Positions 10,679-20,087 of a stretch of 64,000 nucleotides of DNA are shown piece after piece; the first letter of the stretch is position 1; every line of letters starts with the position of its first letter. Source of the stretch: a virus. Its lineage: Duplodnaviria; Caudoviricetes. Made by a program: the position numbers and the translations under genes. The notes below the pieces were generated by a model that was not told the DNA's origin, made no database searches, and was given only the letters and a program-made list of their open reading frames with translations. The stretch is from the IMG/VR virus record IMGVR_UViG_3300028833_000141, positions 1 to 64,000 of that record, one strand, 5' to 3'.

Positions 10679-11013
10679 AAAGTTATATGGAATATGAACA
10701 GTTCAAGTCGATAATCGAACAACTAAAAGCATTGTCAGAGTGCCAAGATGGTTTATATAAATTTTGCAGACAATTTAATAAAAATAATAGAGAAGAATTA
10801 GAAATCAGTTTTCCGTCTGCAATAAGTATATGTGTTGAGTTATTAGAGTATATATTTGATGATGCAACATTCGATGGTTGGATTAGCTATTATATCTTTG
10901 AACTAAATTACGGTAAAGATTATAAACCGGGAATGATTGTTGATAAAGATGGATCGGAAATCGAATTAAAAACTACACGACAGCTATATGATTTTCTTGT
11001 CGGTCATAACTAA
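10675..11013 (+). CDS. hypothetical phage protein
   Basis: TTG start behind GGAGG; overlaps the previous stop. Confidence 0.6.
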   Translation: MKSYMEYEQFKSIIEQLKALSECQDGLYKFCRQFNKNNREELEISFPSAISICVELLEYIFDDATFDGWISYYIFELNYGKDYKPGMIVDKDGSEIELKTTRQLYDFLVGHN

Positions 11014-11026
11014 AGCCGCACAAGTA

Positions 11027-11055
11027 TTGACATTATATAGTGGTTGGTTTATAAT
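11027..11055 (+). promoter_or_regulatory. consensus sigmaA promoter for the nucleotide-metabolism operon
   Basis: TTGACA (11027-11032), 17 nt, TATAAT (11050-11055). Confidence 0.85.
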
Positions 11056-11092
11056 AATGGCGTAAGATATTGTATCTGTGTTAAGGAGGAAT

Positions 11093-11410
11093 ATGGCTAA
11101 TAATTTTCAGATAGCGAAGCGAAAACGAGAAAGGGAAAGGCGTAATAAAGCTGCTTTTAATGATGAAATCAAGAAAATGCTAAAAAGCCTTAATGATTCT
11201 GCTATTGCGACAGGAATGAGAACTTGTGCAACTGTAATAATGAATCGTATTAATAATGATTCAATGACAGCAGAAGAAAAATTAGAATCTGTCATTGACT
11301 TCTGTAATTGGGTCAATGAAGGAAAAATAAGTAAAGAAGTTATTGAGCAAATGAATATTAATATCGACACTCGCTATGACACAGTTATAGATGCGTTGTC
11401 GGATAGGTAG
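11093..11410 (+). CDS. hypothetical protein
   Basis: AGGAGG RBS before ATG 11093. Confidence 0.6.
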   Translation: MANNFQIAKRKRERERRNKAAFNDEIKKMLKSLNDSAIATGMRTCATVIMNRINNDSMTAEEKLESVIDFCNWVNEGKISKEVIEQMNINIDTRYDTVIDALSDR

Positions 11411-11417
11411 AGAGGTA

Positions 11418-12110
11418 ATGAAATTAATTAATGCTAAATATGAGATATGGGATGATATATCCGATGGAGGATTAAAAGAACTTAAATTCCTGGAACGAGC
11501 AGCCAGAATTTGTTATAAATCTGAAAATCTTATAACAGAGGATGGCGAGTCCGGAAAACGATTGATTAAAAAGCTGATTGAGAATGAACATGACGCAATG
11601 CTTGAACATAGAATTATTTCAGTTTTGTTCACTTGTGATCGTGGTATCAGTCATGAAATTGTGAGACATAGACTCGCTTCTTTCGCCCAGGAGAGTACAC
11701 GATATTGTAACTATTCTAAAGATAAATTTGGGAATGAAATTGTAGTAATAAAACCGTTCTTTTATTCACAGGAAAACATACTATCATTGGGTATTCCCGA
11801 AAAGGAAAAAGAATTAAGAATGGAATTTTTACAACAATGTTTTGATATATGGTACGAAAGCTGCTTATGTGCAGAAGAATCATATTTTAACTTATTAGAG
11901 TTAGGATCAACGCCACAAGAAGCAAGGAGTGTTTTACCTACAAGTCTGAAAACTGAATTGCTTATGACGGCGAACTACAGAGAATGGAGACATTTCTTTA
12001 ATTTAAGAACTGCTCCGGCAGCACACCCACAAATGAGAGAATTAACAGTACCTTTGCTGAAAGAATTACAATCTAAACTGCCAATCATATTTGACGATAT
12101 AAAGGTATGA
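11418..12110 (+). CDS. thyX: flavin-dependent thymidylate synthase
   Basis: RHR...QESTRY ThyX motif; NYREWRHF; HPQMR. Confidence 0.92.
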   Translation: MKLINAKYEIWDDISDGGLKELKFLERAARICYKSENLITEDGESGKRLIKKLIENEHDAMLEHRIISVLFTCDRGISHEIVRHRLASFAQESTRYCNYSKDKFGNEIVVIKPFFYSQENILSLGIPEKEKELRMEFLQQCFDIWYESCLCAEESYFNLLELGSTPQEARSVLPTSLKTELLMTANYREWRHFFNLRTAPAAHPQMRELTVPLLKELQSKLPIIFDDIKV

Positions 12111-12114
12111 AACA

Positions 12115-12357
12115 ATGAAAGAGATTGAGAATCAATGTGTTGGATGTCCAAAAGAAATAGGATGTTTAGGTAGTGGATGTCCAAATAGAAACATAATTGT
12201 ATATTATTGCGACCGCTGTAATGGATATGCAAATTATAAGATAGGCGATGAAGATATGTGTGAAGAATGTGCAGAAAAATATTGTAATGAATTGTGGGAA
12301 CAAATTTCTTTAGAAGATAAATGTGAATTATTGGATTTATATTTTGAAAGAATCTAA
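12115..12357 (+). CDS. small Cys-rich (zinc-binding) protein
   Basis: Several CxxC motifs. Confidence 0.55.
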   Translation: MKEIENQCVGCPKEIGCLGSGCPNRNIIVYYCDRCNGYANYKIGDEDMCEECAEKYCNELWEQISLEDKCELLDLYFERI

Positions 12358-12380
12358 ATTATAAATAAAACCGAAAAAGT

Positions 12381-14582
12381 ATGGAGGATAATATATTGAC
12401 AGTTATTAAACGAGATGGACGCTCTGTGGAATTTGATAAAGACAAAATTACCGCTGCAATATTAAAAGCGTTCAATGAAGTAGATGGCGAAATAACTCAA
12501 TTCGCCAATAATAAAGCTTGTGAAATTTCTAATTACATAGAAAGTCTTGATAAACAAATGACTGTTGAGGATATTCAGGACATTGTAGAAAACAAGCTGA
12601 TGAAGAGTAGCAGAAGAGATGTAGCAAAAGCATACATCCTTTATAGAGATAAGCGAACAAGACGCAGAGAAATGCGCAGCGAAATCATGTCGATTGTTCG
12701 TGAAAAAGTTAAAGCTGAAAATGTTCAGAATCAAAACGCTAATGTCGATGAAAAATCATTTGGCGGCAGAATGGGCGAAGTTGCAGAAAGCGTCCTCAAA
12801 ACATATGCGCTGAATGAACTTGTCTCTGAAACAACGAGATATAACCATGTTCATAATCTTGTGTATATTCACGATTTTGGGCATTATGCATTGGGTGATC
12901 ACAACTGCCTGTCTATTCCTTTTGACGATCTGTTGGCAAATGGATTTGATACAAGACAGACAGATGTAAGACCTGCTCAGTCATTGAGTACAGCTTTCCA
13001 ACAGGTTGCAGTATTATTCCAGATTCAAAGTTTACAGCAATTTGGTGGAGTATCAGCAACACATATTGATTGGACGATGATTCCTTATGTAAGAAAATCA
13101 TTTTATAAACACTACAAAATTGGTGCGAAATACATTTGCGGTTTTGAAGGCAAAATGGATATTGGATGCGATCCAAAATTAATGTCGATTGAAGATGAAT
13201 GGTATAAAACCTCTTTCCCTAAAGCATATCAATACGCTGTAGATATGACGAAGAGAGAAACATATCAAGCTGCCGAAGGAATGTATCACAATCTGAATAC
13301 ACTTCAATCTCGTTCCGGTAATCAGTTGCCATTCTCTTCAATCAATTATGGAACATGTACTCTTCCAGAAGGAAGAATGGTTACAAAGGCTCTACTCGAT
13401 GTACTTATTAAGGGAATAGGAAAAATATATAGAACATCAATTTTCCCTTGCGGTATTTTCCAATGTATGAAAGGTGTCAATCGTAAAAAGGGTGATCCTA
13501 ATTACGATCTGTTCCAGTTGGCACTTGAAGCAACATCAAAGAGATTATATCCGAATTATGCCAATGTTGATTGGAGTGGGAATGCAGGATATGACAGAAA
13601 TGATCCGAGAACATATTTCTCCACAATGGGTTGTAGGACAGTGAATGGAATGGATATTAACGGCTTCGGTCAGCTTAAAGATGGCAGAGGTAATATCGCT
13701 CCAACAACTATCATTATGCCGACAGTAGCAATGTTAGCTGATGGTGAAGTAGGCAACAAAGATATTGATTCATTTATGAAGCTTCTCGATCAGAAGATTC
13801 ATGAGGCAAAAGATTCTCTTCTTGAAAGATTTGAATTTATTTGTTCACAGCCGCCAGAAGCAGCAACATTCATGTATGCAAACAATACGATGAAAGGCTA
13901 TATTCCGGAAGAGGGAATAAGAAGCGCATTAAAGCATGGAACACTTGTTATCGGTCAGCTTGGGCTTGCTGAAACTCTTCAAATCCTTATTGGATGTGAC
14001 CATACAGAAAAGAAAGCTATGGAACTCGCCAAGAAAATTGAAGCACTCTTTAAGAAAAGATGTGCAGAGTTTAAAGAAGAATATACTCTTAATTTTGGAG
14101 TGTATTATACGCCAGCAGAAAATCTTTGTTACACAGCTATGAAACAGTTCAAAGCTGAATATGGAGAAATGAAAAACATTTCTGACAGAGATTTCTTTAC
14201 AAATTCAATACATGTTCCTGTTTGGAAGAATATCAGTCCATTTGAAAAGATTGATATTGAGTCACAACTTACAGGATATAGTAATGCCGGATGTATTACT
14301 TATGTTGAGCTTGATGGCGGTGTTAAGAATAATGTAAAGGCTCTTGAAACTATTGTAAATTACGCAATGGATCATGATATTCCATATTTCGCTGTTAATG
14401 TTCCTAACGATACATGCCTCAGATGCGGATTTACAGGTGAATTTAATGACTGCTGCCCTGTTTGCGGAAGTACAAATATTCAGCAACTTAGGCGTGTAAC
14501 AGGGTATCTTACAGGGAACTATACAACAGCCTTTAATAAAGGCAAACAGCAAGAAGTTCAGATGAGGGTTAAACATAGATGA
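12381..14582 (+). CDS. nrdD: anaerobic ribonucleoside-triphosphate reductase with ATP cone
   Basis: VIKRDG ATP cone, MGCRT, CLRC/CPVC, RRVTGYL glycyl-radical motif. Confidence 0.96.
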   Translation: MEDNILTVIKRDGRSVEFDKDKITAAILKAFNEVDGEITQFANNKACEISNYIESLDKQMTVEDIQDIVENKLMKSSRRDVAKAYILYRDKRTRRREMRSEIMSIVREKVKAENVQNQNANVDEKSFGGRMGEVAESVLKTYALNELVSETTRYNHVHNLVYIHDFGHYALGDHNCLSIPFDDLLANGFDTRQTDVRPAQSLSTAFQQVAVLFQIQSLQQFGGVSATHIDWTMIPYVRKSFYKHYKIGAKYICGFEGKMDIGCDPKLMSIEDEWYKTSFPKAYQYAVDMTKRETYQAAEGMYHNLNTLQSRSGNQLPFSSINYGTCTLPEGRMVTKALLDVLIKGIGKIYRTSIFPCGIFQCMKGVNRKKGDPNYDLFQLALEATSKRLYPNYANVDWSGNAGYDRNDPRTYFSTMGCRTVNGMDINGFGQLKDGRGNIAPTTIIMPTVAMLADGEVGNKDIDSFMKLLDQKIHEAKDSLLERFEFICSQPPEAATFMYANNTMKGYIPEEGIRSALKHGTLVIGQLGLAETLQILIGCDHTEKKAMELAKKIEALFKKRCAEFKEEYTLNFGVYYTPAENLCYTAMKQFKAEYGEMKNISDRDFFTNSIHVPVWKNISPFEKIDIESQLTGYSNAGCITYVELDGGVKNNVKALETIVNYAMDHDIPYFAVNVPNDTCLRCGFTGEFNDCCPVCGSTNIQQLRRVTGYLTGNYTTAFNKGKQQEVQMRVKHR

Positions 14583-15100
14583 AATACGCAGGTGTCATAA
14601 AAAATGATGTAGTAAACGGTTATGATGTTTGTGTTAGTTATTGGTGTCAAGGGTGTCGTTTTCGATGCCCTGGATGCCATAATCCACAAACATGGGATTT
14701 TGACGGTGGAACAGAGATAGAGGAATCCGCTCTGATCAAGATGATCATAAATTCAATTTCTCAAAACAATGTTCAGAGAAATCTTTCGATTCTCGGTGGA
14801 GAACCGTTATGTCGAGAAAATGTTAACTTCACTTCAAAGTTAATCAAGAATGTAGTTGAAACCTATCCAGATATAAAAATATTCGTTTGGACAGGATATA
14901 AATATGAATATCTTTTAGAAATCGCCAAGGAAAATTATTACATGGATCATGTACTGTCAAACATTCATGTATTAATAGATGGGCAATTTGAAATTGATAA
15001 CAGAGATATTTCTTTGCCGTTTAGAGGAAGTAAGAATCAAAGAGTAATTGATATTCAGAAATCTATAAAAGCCGGAAAAATAATTTTGTATTGTGAATAA
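14579..15100 (+). CDS. nrdG: anaerobic RNR activating enzyme
   Basis: CRFRCPGC radical SAM motif; LGGEP; FRGSKNQR. Confidence 0.95.
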   Translation: MKYAGVIKNDVVNGYDVCVSYWCQGCRFRCPGCHNPQTWDFDGGTEIEESALIKMIINSISQNNVQRNLSILGGEPLCRENVNFTSKLIKNVVETYPDIKIFVWTGYKYEYLLEIAKENYYMDHVLSNIHVLIDGQFEIDNRDISLPFRGSKNQRVIDIQKSIKAGKIILYCE

Positions 15101-15111
15101 TGGAGGGATTG

Positions 15112-15861
15112 ATGGCAATTAAAGTTTTTATTAGTCAACCAATGAGAGATAAAACAGAAGAGCAGATTTTAAGTGAAAGAAATCGTGCAATTAAAAACAT
15201 AAAAGAAAAATATCCGAATGAGGATGTTGAAATTATAGATTCATATTTTGAAGATTATGACCCACAAGATGGTTGTATACCGCTGAAATATCTTGCAAAG
15301 TCAATCGAACTTCTTGCCGATGCAGATGTAGCGTATTTTGTTGATGGCTGGGATGAAGCAAGAGGCTGTCTTACAGAATATCAGTGTGCAACACAATATG
15401 ATATTCCTGTAATTTGTGAATATTTCCCCGAAAGCACTATAGAAATAAAATACTTTAGTGATGATATAACAAAGATCGAAAATATAGAACAGGGAGATTG
15501 GATAGATTTAAGAGCAGCAGAAGATGTTGACCTTAATGCTAATGAATTTGCACTGATCCCATTAGGAGTAGGAATGAAACTTCCTAAAGGATATGAAGCA
15601 CAGATAGTACCGAGAAGCAGTACATTTAAGAACTTTGGTATCATCCAAACAAATCATATGGGAGTAATAGACGAAAGTTATTGCGGTGAAGAAGATCAAT
15701 GGAAATTCCCGGCATATGCACTTAGAGATACAATGATAAGAAAGAACGATAGAATCTGTCAGTTTAGGATAGTCAAAAAACAGGAAGAAATATTTTTTAA
15801 GGAAGTAGATGCTTTAAATCCTGTAAGTCGTGGTGGATTCGGAAGTACGGGAGTTAAATGA
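15112..15861 (+). CDS. dut: DUF4406/deoxyribosyltransferase-like domain fused to trimeric dUTPase
   Basis: N-terminus VFISQPM...[10 protein letters not shown]; C-terminus [21 protein letters not shown]. Confidence 0.8.
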   Translation: MAIKVFISQPMRDKTEEQILSERNRAIKNIKEKYPNEDVEIIDSYFEDYDPQDGCIPLKYLAKSIELLADADVAYFVDGWDEARGCLTEYQCATQYDIPVICEYFPESTIEIKYFSDDITKIENIEQGDWIDLRAAEDVDLNANEFALIPLGVGMKLPKGYEAQIVPRSSTFKNFGIIQTNHMGVIDESYCGEEDQWKFPAYALRDTMIRKNDRICQFRIVKKQEEIFFKEVDALNPVSRGGFGSTGVK

Positions 15862-16079
15862 GTGTAGAAAAAGATTATATGCAAATCTTAAATGATTTGT
15901 ATGATTGCCAATATCTTATGCTACAACCGATGGATGTCCGTAAAATATTAAGAATAGATACAAAAAGTGCATATGATTTATTTAAGGATGAATCTTTCCC
16001 ATCCATACTAATATCCGGTAAGAATTACATTTTCAAAGAAAAATTAATTGATTGGCTAAAGAAGAAATATAAATTATAA
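15858..16079 (+). CDS. helix-turn-helix excisionase-like protein
   Basis: Short MerR/Xis-type wHTH ([16 protein letters not shown]...FPSI). Confidence 0.65.
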   Translation: MSVEKDYMQILNDLYDCQYLMLQPMDVRKILRIDTKSAYDLFKDESFPSILISGKNYIFKEKLIDWLKKKYKL

Positions 16080-16081
16080 TC

Positions 16082-16279
16082 ATGGAAGAGATACTAACTG
16101 TTAAAGATGTACAAGAACATTTACATATAGGGAAGAATAAAGCATATAGTTTATTTAAAGACGATATGACTTTCCCATCATTCAGAATAGGCAGAGATCA
16201 TCTTATTTTAGAATCAAAATATGTAGAATGGCTCAATAAACAAAGCAATAAATCAAAATATAAAAACAGATACAAATAA
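16082..16279 (+). CDS. helix-turn-helix excisionase-like protein
   Basis: LTVKDVQEHLHIGKNKAYSL...FPSFRIGR; next to attP/int. Confidence 0.75.
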   Translation: MEEILTVKDVQEHLHIGKNKAYSLFKDDMTFPSFRIGRDHLILESKYVEWLNKQSNKSKYKNRYK

Positions 16280-16297
16280 ATATTTTTAAATTTTCTA

Positions 16298-16325
16298 TTG
16301 ACAAATTATTTGTGTGTGTTAATAT
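16298..16325 (+). promoter_or_regulatory. putative promoter facing attP/int
   Basis: TTGACA at 16298 and TG-n-TAATAT at 16317-16325. Confidence 0.45.
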
Positions 16326-16355
16326 AAGTGAGCGAGTTGAAAAACAGCTTCACAA

Positions 16356-16379
16356 AAGTGGGGTATAAAGTAGGGTAAA
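16356..16379. repeat. putative integrase arm-type sites (left arm)
   Basis: AAGTGGGGTATA and AAGTAGGGTAAA. Confidence 0.6.
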
Positions 16380-16441
16380 CGAGATGCGGCAAATCGCTGT
16401 AGTCCAGTAATTGCAAGGTGTACAAAATTTTATACATCACA

Positions 16442-16487
16442 TCTCCAAAACCGCGTGCCGTGGGTTCAAGTCCTACTGCCCCTGCCA
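16442..16487 (+). other. attP core: 3' half of tRNA-Trp(CCA)
   Basis: TCTCCAAAACCGCGTGCCGTGGGTTCAAGTCCTACTGCCCCTGCCA gives anticodon loop, T arm and CCA end; no 5' acceptor/D arm upstream; next to int. Confidence 0.85.
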
Positions 16488-16502
16488 ATCAGAAGCACGA
16501 CT

Positions 16503-16540
16503 AAAGGGTTGAAATTTCAAGGTTTCAACTCTTTTTCTTT
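16503..16540 (+). terminator. intrinsic terminator after the tRNA fragment
   Basis: AAAGGGTTGAAA / TTTCAACTCTTT stem plus T tract. Confidence 0.7.
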
Positions 16541-16571
16541 TGTTTTTATGCAATTGTCTATTTCCCTGTTA

Positions 16572-16626
16572 TTCCCTACTTTTCCCTACCAATACCCTAC
16601 AAGTGGGGTATAGAAAGTGGGGTATT
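16572..16626. repeat. putative integrase arm-type sites (right arm)
   Basis: TTCCCTAC x2 and TACCCTAC (inverted), then AAGTGGGGTAT x2; consensus GTRGGG(T/A)A. Confidence 0.6.
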
Positions 16627-16683
16627 ATTATGATATGATGGTTATGCCAATCTATTTCTTCTTTCACACAAAGGATTCATCAT

Positions 16684-17910
16684 ATGCCAAATAAGAAAAA
16701 TGAAGGTTCAATAACGTATCTCTCTAATGGTAAAGTCCGATTACGCATTACTAACGGCACAAAAGTTATTATTGATAAGAAAACCGGAATGCCGAAAAAG
16801 ATTAAGAATCAAAAAGATTTTATTGGCAATTCTGAAAAAGAAGTTAGAAAGAAATATAAAACCTGGAAAAGCACCGCTGCCATCAGCGGAGAATCCAATT
16901 ATGGAAATCGCTCAGTGATGGAATGTATCTATGAGTGGATCAACAATGTAAAAAGTCTTACGCTAAAATCATCTTCCTTTTCACGTTTAATACAAGTTAC
17001 TGATACTTATGTCAATCCAAGATTCAATATTTTCAAAGTCAACGAAATAACTCCTGATATAATCCAATTCAATTTAATTAACGATCTAAAAAATAAAGGC
17101 TATTCGTATAGTACGATAAAAAAATGTGTCAATGTACTCACGGGATTTTATAGATGGGCGATAGGAACAGGTAAGGTAGATTATAACCCATGTGAAACTC
17201 TTATCTTGCCAAGCGATAAACTGCTCAAAGAGGAAAGAGGCGAGACTGACGAAATAAAATATTATTCAAAAGCTGAAATTCAAAAAATGATCAATGCAGC
17301 CGATTCTAAGAATAAGCATTGTTATGAAATCAATGATTGGAGATTTCCAAGAGCGTATGTTTATTTATTCGTAGTATACACAGGATTAAGATTGGGAGAA
17401 GTTCTTGCATTAACATGGGATGATTATGATGCTGAGAAGAAAACAATTAGTATTACTAAGGATGTTGTCGAATACAAAGATACAAAAACAAATAAAACAG
17501 TAACCAAAATTCAAACATCACCTAAAACAAGTTCAAGTCGAAGAGTTCTTGCACTCAACGATACAGCAGTCGATGCTCTGAATAAAATAAAAGAGAGAAG
17601 TTTTAACCCTAATAGCAAATATATTGTAGCCAACAGAAATAAAGATGGAAATAAAGAATATGTTGCTCCATCTAATTTCCGTAATGCCTTTAAAAGATTT
17701 TGTAATTATGCCGGCATAGAATATAAAGGTTTCCATGCATTAAGGCATACATTTGCTTCAATGATGTTTTCTCAAAAGATCGATGTCAAATATATTTCTA
17801 TGTGGCTCGGTCACTCGTCAGTTCAGGTTACTTATGATATTTATGTTCATATTATGGAAGAAGTAGGGTATGAAGATAAAACAGTAATTCCAGTAATCTC
17901 ACTTGAATAG
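16684..17910 (+). CDS. int: tyrosine integrase
   Basis: TGLRLGE, HALRHTF, LGHSS...TYDIY; N-terminal arm-binding-like region. Confidence 0.93.
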   Translation: MPNKKNEGSITYLSNGKVRLRITNGTKVIIDKKTGMPKKIKNQKDFIGNSEKEVRKKYKTWKSTAAISGESNYGNRSVMECIYEWINNVKSLTLKSSSFSRLIQVTDTYVNPRFNIFKVNEITPDIIQFNLINDLKNKGYSYSTIKKCVNVLTGFYRWAIGTGKVDYNPCETLILPSDKLLKEERGETDEIKYYSKAEIQKMINAADSKNKHCYEINDWRFPRAYVYLFVVYTGLRLGEVLALTWDDYDAEKKTISITKDVVEYKDTKTNKTVTKIQTSPKTSSSRRVLALNDTAVDALNKIKERSFNPNSKYIVANRNKDGNKEYVAPSNFRNAFKRFCNYAGIEYKGFHALRHTFASMMFSQKIDVKYISMWLGHSSVQVTYDIYVHIMEEVGYEDKTVIPVISLE

Positions 17911-18041
17911 AATATTTCCGTTTTAAGCGACTTTATTTTTGAAAACGATTAGTTGCTTGACAACATATATAAACCTCTCTGAAAAGACCGAAAATGACGC
18001 TCTACGATGATATAAATAATATAAGGAATACAGCGCAAAAG

Positions 18042-18075
18042 AATAGGACTACTAAATATCCATAGTAGTCCTATT
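18042..18075. terminator. bidirectional terminator between convergent arms
   Basis: AATAGGACTACT / AGTAGTCCTATT perfect 12-bp stem. Confidence 0.75.
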
Positions 18076-18090
18076 TATTTGCCTAATAAA

Positions 18091-18618
18091 TTAGAAACAG
18101 CAGATAGAAAAATTAAGAACTCCGCTATATGTTCCGGCTTTACTTTCCATACTTGGATTAATTTCAGAAGAAAAGATTAAAGATTGTCCTTGACTATTAT
18201 TTGTAAAACTACCAACATGATTGCTTAAAGGCTGATGATTTACGTCATAAAAATAAACTGTCAGTTTAGCAGATTCATCTGTAGCATTCGTTAATTGCAG
18301 ACAGCTACCACTTTCAAGATTGTCTAAGTTAATATCTATTTGCTTGTCATCCGCAATATTTACTTCGGTTGCTCTAATCTCAATATCGTTTCCTGCCACT
18401 ACAGATTCAGGTATTTCAATCATATAAGTTCCATCGACTGAATAAGTGACCTCTGTATTAGCTTGCTGCATTCCATTTGGCTGCCCCATATACCCAGAAG
18501 CAAAAGCCGTTAATGTAGATAAAAATAATGCAATAGTGCATATTGCTGTTATAAAAATATATTTCCTCATTTCATCATACTCCTTAAACATAAATATCAA
18601 ATTGAATTTGTCCACCAT
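18091..18618 (-). CDS. secreted beta-sandwich protein (moron)
   Basis: Signal peptide ending TAFA; C-terminal AGTYSGVLNFSI strand. Confidence 0.6.
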   Translation of the reverse strand: MVDKFNLIFMFKEYDEMRKYIFITAICTIALFLSTLTAFASGYMGQPNGMQQANTEVTYSVDGTYMIEIPESVVAGNDIEIRATEVNIADDKQIDINLDNLESGSCLQLTNATDESAKLTVYFYDVNHQPLSNHVGSFTNNSQGQSLIFSSEINPSMESKAGTYSGVLNFSICCF

Positions 18619-19042
18619 TTAGTTCTTTTTCTGTTTCGATATTAAAGCAATTAATTTTTAATATCGCATTATAAGTACCTGGTTCAAACGATTTGTTGGT
18701 CTCTATTTCATAGAAACCAAATCCAGGATAAACTTTATCTGATTGCCATATAACATCACTACCCACAACCAAAGTGAATATCATATAGCAATCATTTGAA
18801 TCCGGATTAAAGAAATTAACATTTTGAACTTTCTGATCAGGTTCAAAATGAATAGAATCAAAACCAGGTATCGTTATGTACTCTGATGAAACATTGTGCT
18901 GATTGTTATGTCTGCCTTTCCAAATTATTCCATCTGATTTCGTAGGATCATCTATGAAGTTAAAAATTAAACAAAATGTAAAACATAAAATTAGAAATAA
19001 AATACAAAATATTAATATGGTCTGTTTCTTATTATTTGTCAT
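18584..19042 (-). CDS. membrane-anchored extracellular protein (moron)
   Basis: N-terminal TM helix; ITIPG...NP..NDCYM.F; resembles clostridial surface-cluster proteins. Confidence 0.6.
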   Translation of the reverse strand: MTNNKKQTILIFCILFLILCFTFCLIFNFIDDPTKSDGIIWKGRHNNQHNVSSEYITIPGFDSIHFEPDQKVQNVNFFNPDSNDCYMIFTLVVGSDVIWQSDKVYPGFGFYEIETNKSFEPGTYNAILKINCFNIETEKELNGGQIQFDIYV

Positions 19043-19147
19043 ATTTTTCTCTCTTTCACTTATCTCTTTTCTATTGTTATTTTTTTTTTGATTTAGTGTT
19101 TATAATTATTAATTATTTAGCAAATTTGTTTATAATAGAAAACAATA

Positions 19148-19179
19148 AAAGGGGCAGGAAAGAATTTCCTACGCCCTTT
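19148..19179 (-). terminator. probable terminator ending the late operon
   Basis: Imperfect GC-rich stem followed by T tract on the minus strand. Confidence 0.45.
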
Positions 19180-19183
19180 ATTT

Positions 19184-19564
19184 TTAGAAATTCAATAATG
19201 TTGTAATAAGTGCGGTTGCTAATGCAGAGCATATAGCTGTGATAAATGCAAGGCGCACTTTATCAACACCTTCTGCCGTGTGATGATCTTGTTCTGCTTG
19301 TGCTTCTGAAATACGGGATGATAGTTTTGATTCAGCAGACCTCCAGTGTTCTGTCTGAATATCTATCTTCCTTGAAGTTTCGTCCACCTTTCCTTCAATA
19401 TGACCAACTCGCTCAACCAAGACTTTTACAGAAGAAGCGATTTCATAAATAGCCTTTTGTTCACTTTTTATTTCTCTTACTTCTTCTTCTAACGAATCTA
19501 ATCGTTTTGTGTTTGACTTGGCACGCTCCTGAGTTTCGATCAAAATTTTTTCGTTGCTGTCCAT
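19184..19564 (-). CDS. XhlA-like (haemolysin/holin-associated) protein
   Basis: ETQERAKSNTKRLDSLE coiled coil plus a single C-terminal TM helix. Confidence 0.65.
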   Translation of the reverse strand: MDSNEKILIETQERAKSNTKRLDSLEEEVREIKSEQKAIYEIASSVKVLVERVGHIEGKVDETSRKIDIQTEHWRSAESKLSSRISEAQAEQDHHTAEGVDKVRLAFITAICSALATALITTLLNF

Positions 19565-19613
19565 GATAATACCTCCTTGCTATGAGCAAACAACAATTTT
19601 GATCCACATTCTT

Positions 19614-20087
19614 CTATTTTGTCTGCATATCTTTTTCTTTAAAATACAATACAACTCTTCCACCCAACATTTTGTAATAGGGTAGAGGGGTTGCTGAAAA
19701 AACATAATAATTTATTGCATCTGCTATAAATATAGCCACTATAGAAAGAGCCATCCATAATAAAGTGAATGGCAGACATATTATCCCTTTATAATTCAGA
19801 ATCATATTTGAATAATCCCACATTTTCGGAATTAAATTAGTATGTAATGCAAACTCTCCGATTACTAACTCGAAGAAAGTGATTAGTGCTGATCCACATA
19901 ATCCCTGTAAGAATAGATCAATATCCCAAGATATTTCATCGTTGATTTTGTCCAATATAACTATAGCCAATCCACCGCAAACGCCCATGATAGGAAAAGA
20001 ATAACCTCTGGCAGTAACCTCAATAGCTATATAAGAACAATAACCAACTAAAAATAAAACAATATTTTTATTTATATTAAGACTCAT
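19614..20087 (-). CDS. multi-pass membrane protein (CmpB/TMEM229-like)
   Basis: IEVTARG, ITFFELVIG, WDYS...N.KG.ICLPF motifs. Confidence 0.65.
   Translation of the reverse strand: MSLNINKNIVLFLVGYCSYIAIEVTARGYSFPIMGVCGGLAIVILDKINDEISWDIDLFLQGLCGSALITFFELVIGEFALHTNLIPKMWDYSNMILNYKGIICLPFTLLWMALSIVAIFIADAINYYVFSATPLPYYKMLGGRVVLYFKEKDMQTK

Noticed and set aside
358-14576. Numerous minus-strand ORFs overlapping the replication genes
   Set aside because: Antisense to well-supported genes, low complexity, no RBS
16412-16487. Complete tRNA-Trp gene
   Set aside because: The 5' acceptor strand, D arm and 5' anticodon stem are absent; only the 3' half is present, as expected of attP
16306-16488. 60-aa minus-strand ORF (MAGAVGLEPT...)
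   Set aside because: It is the typical antisense translation of a tRNA 3' half
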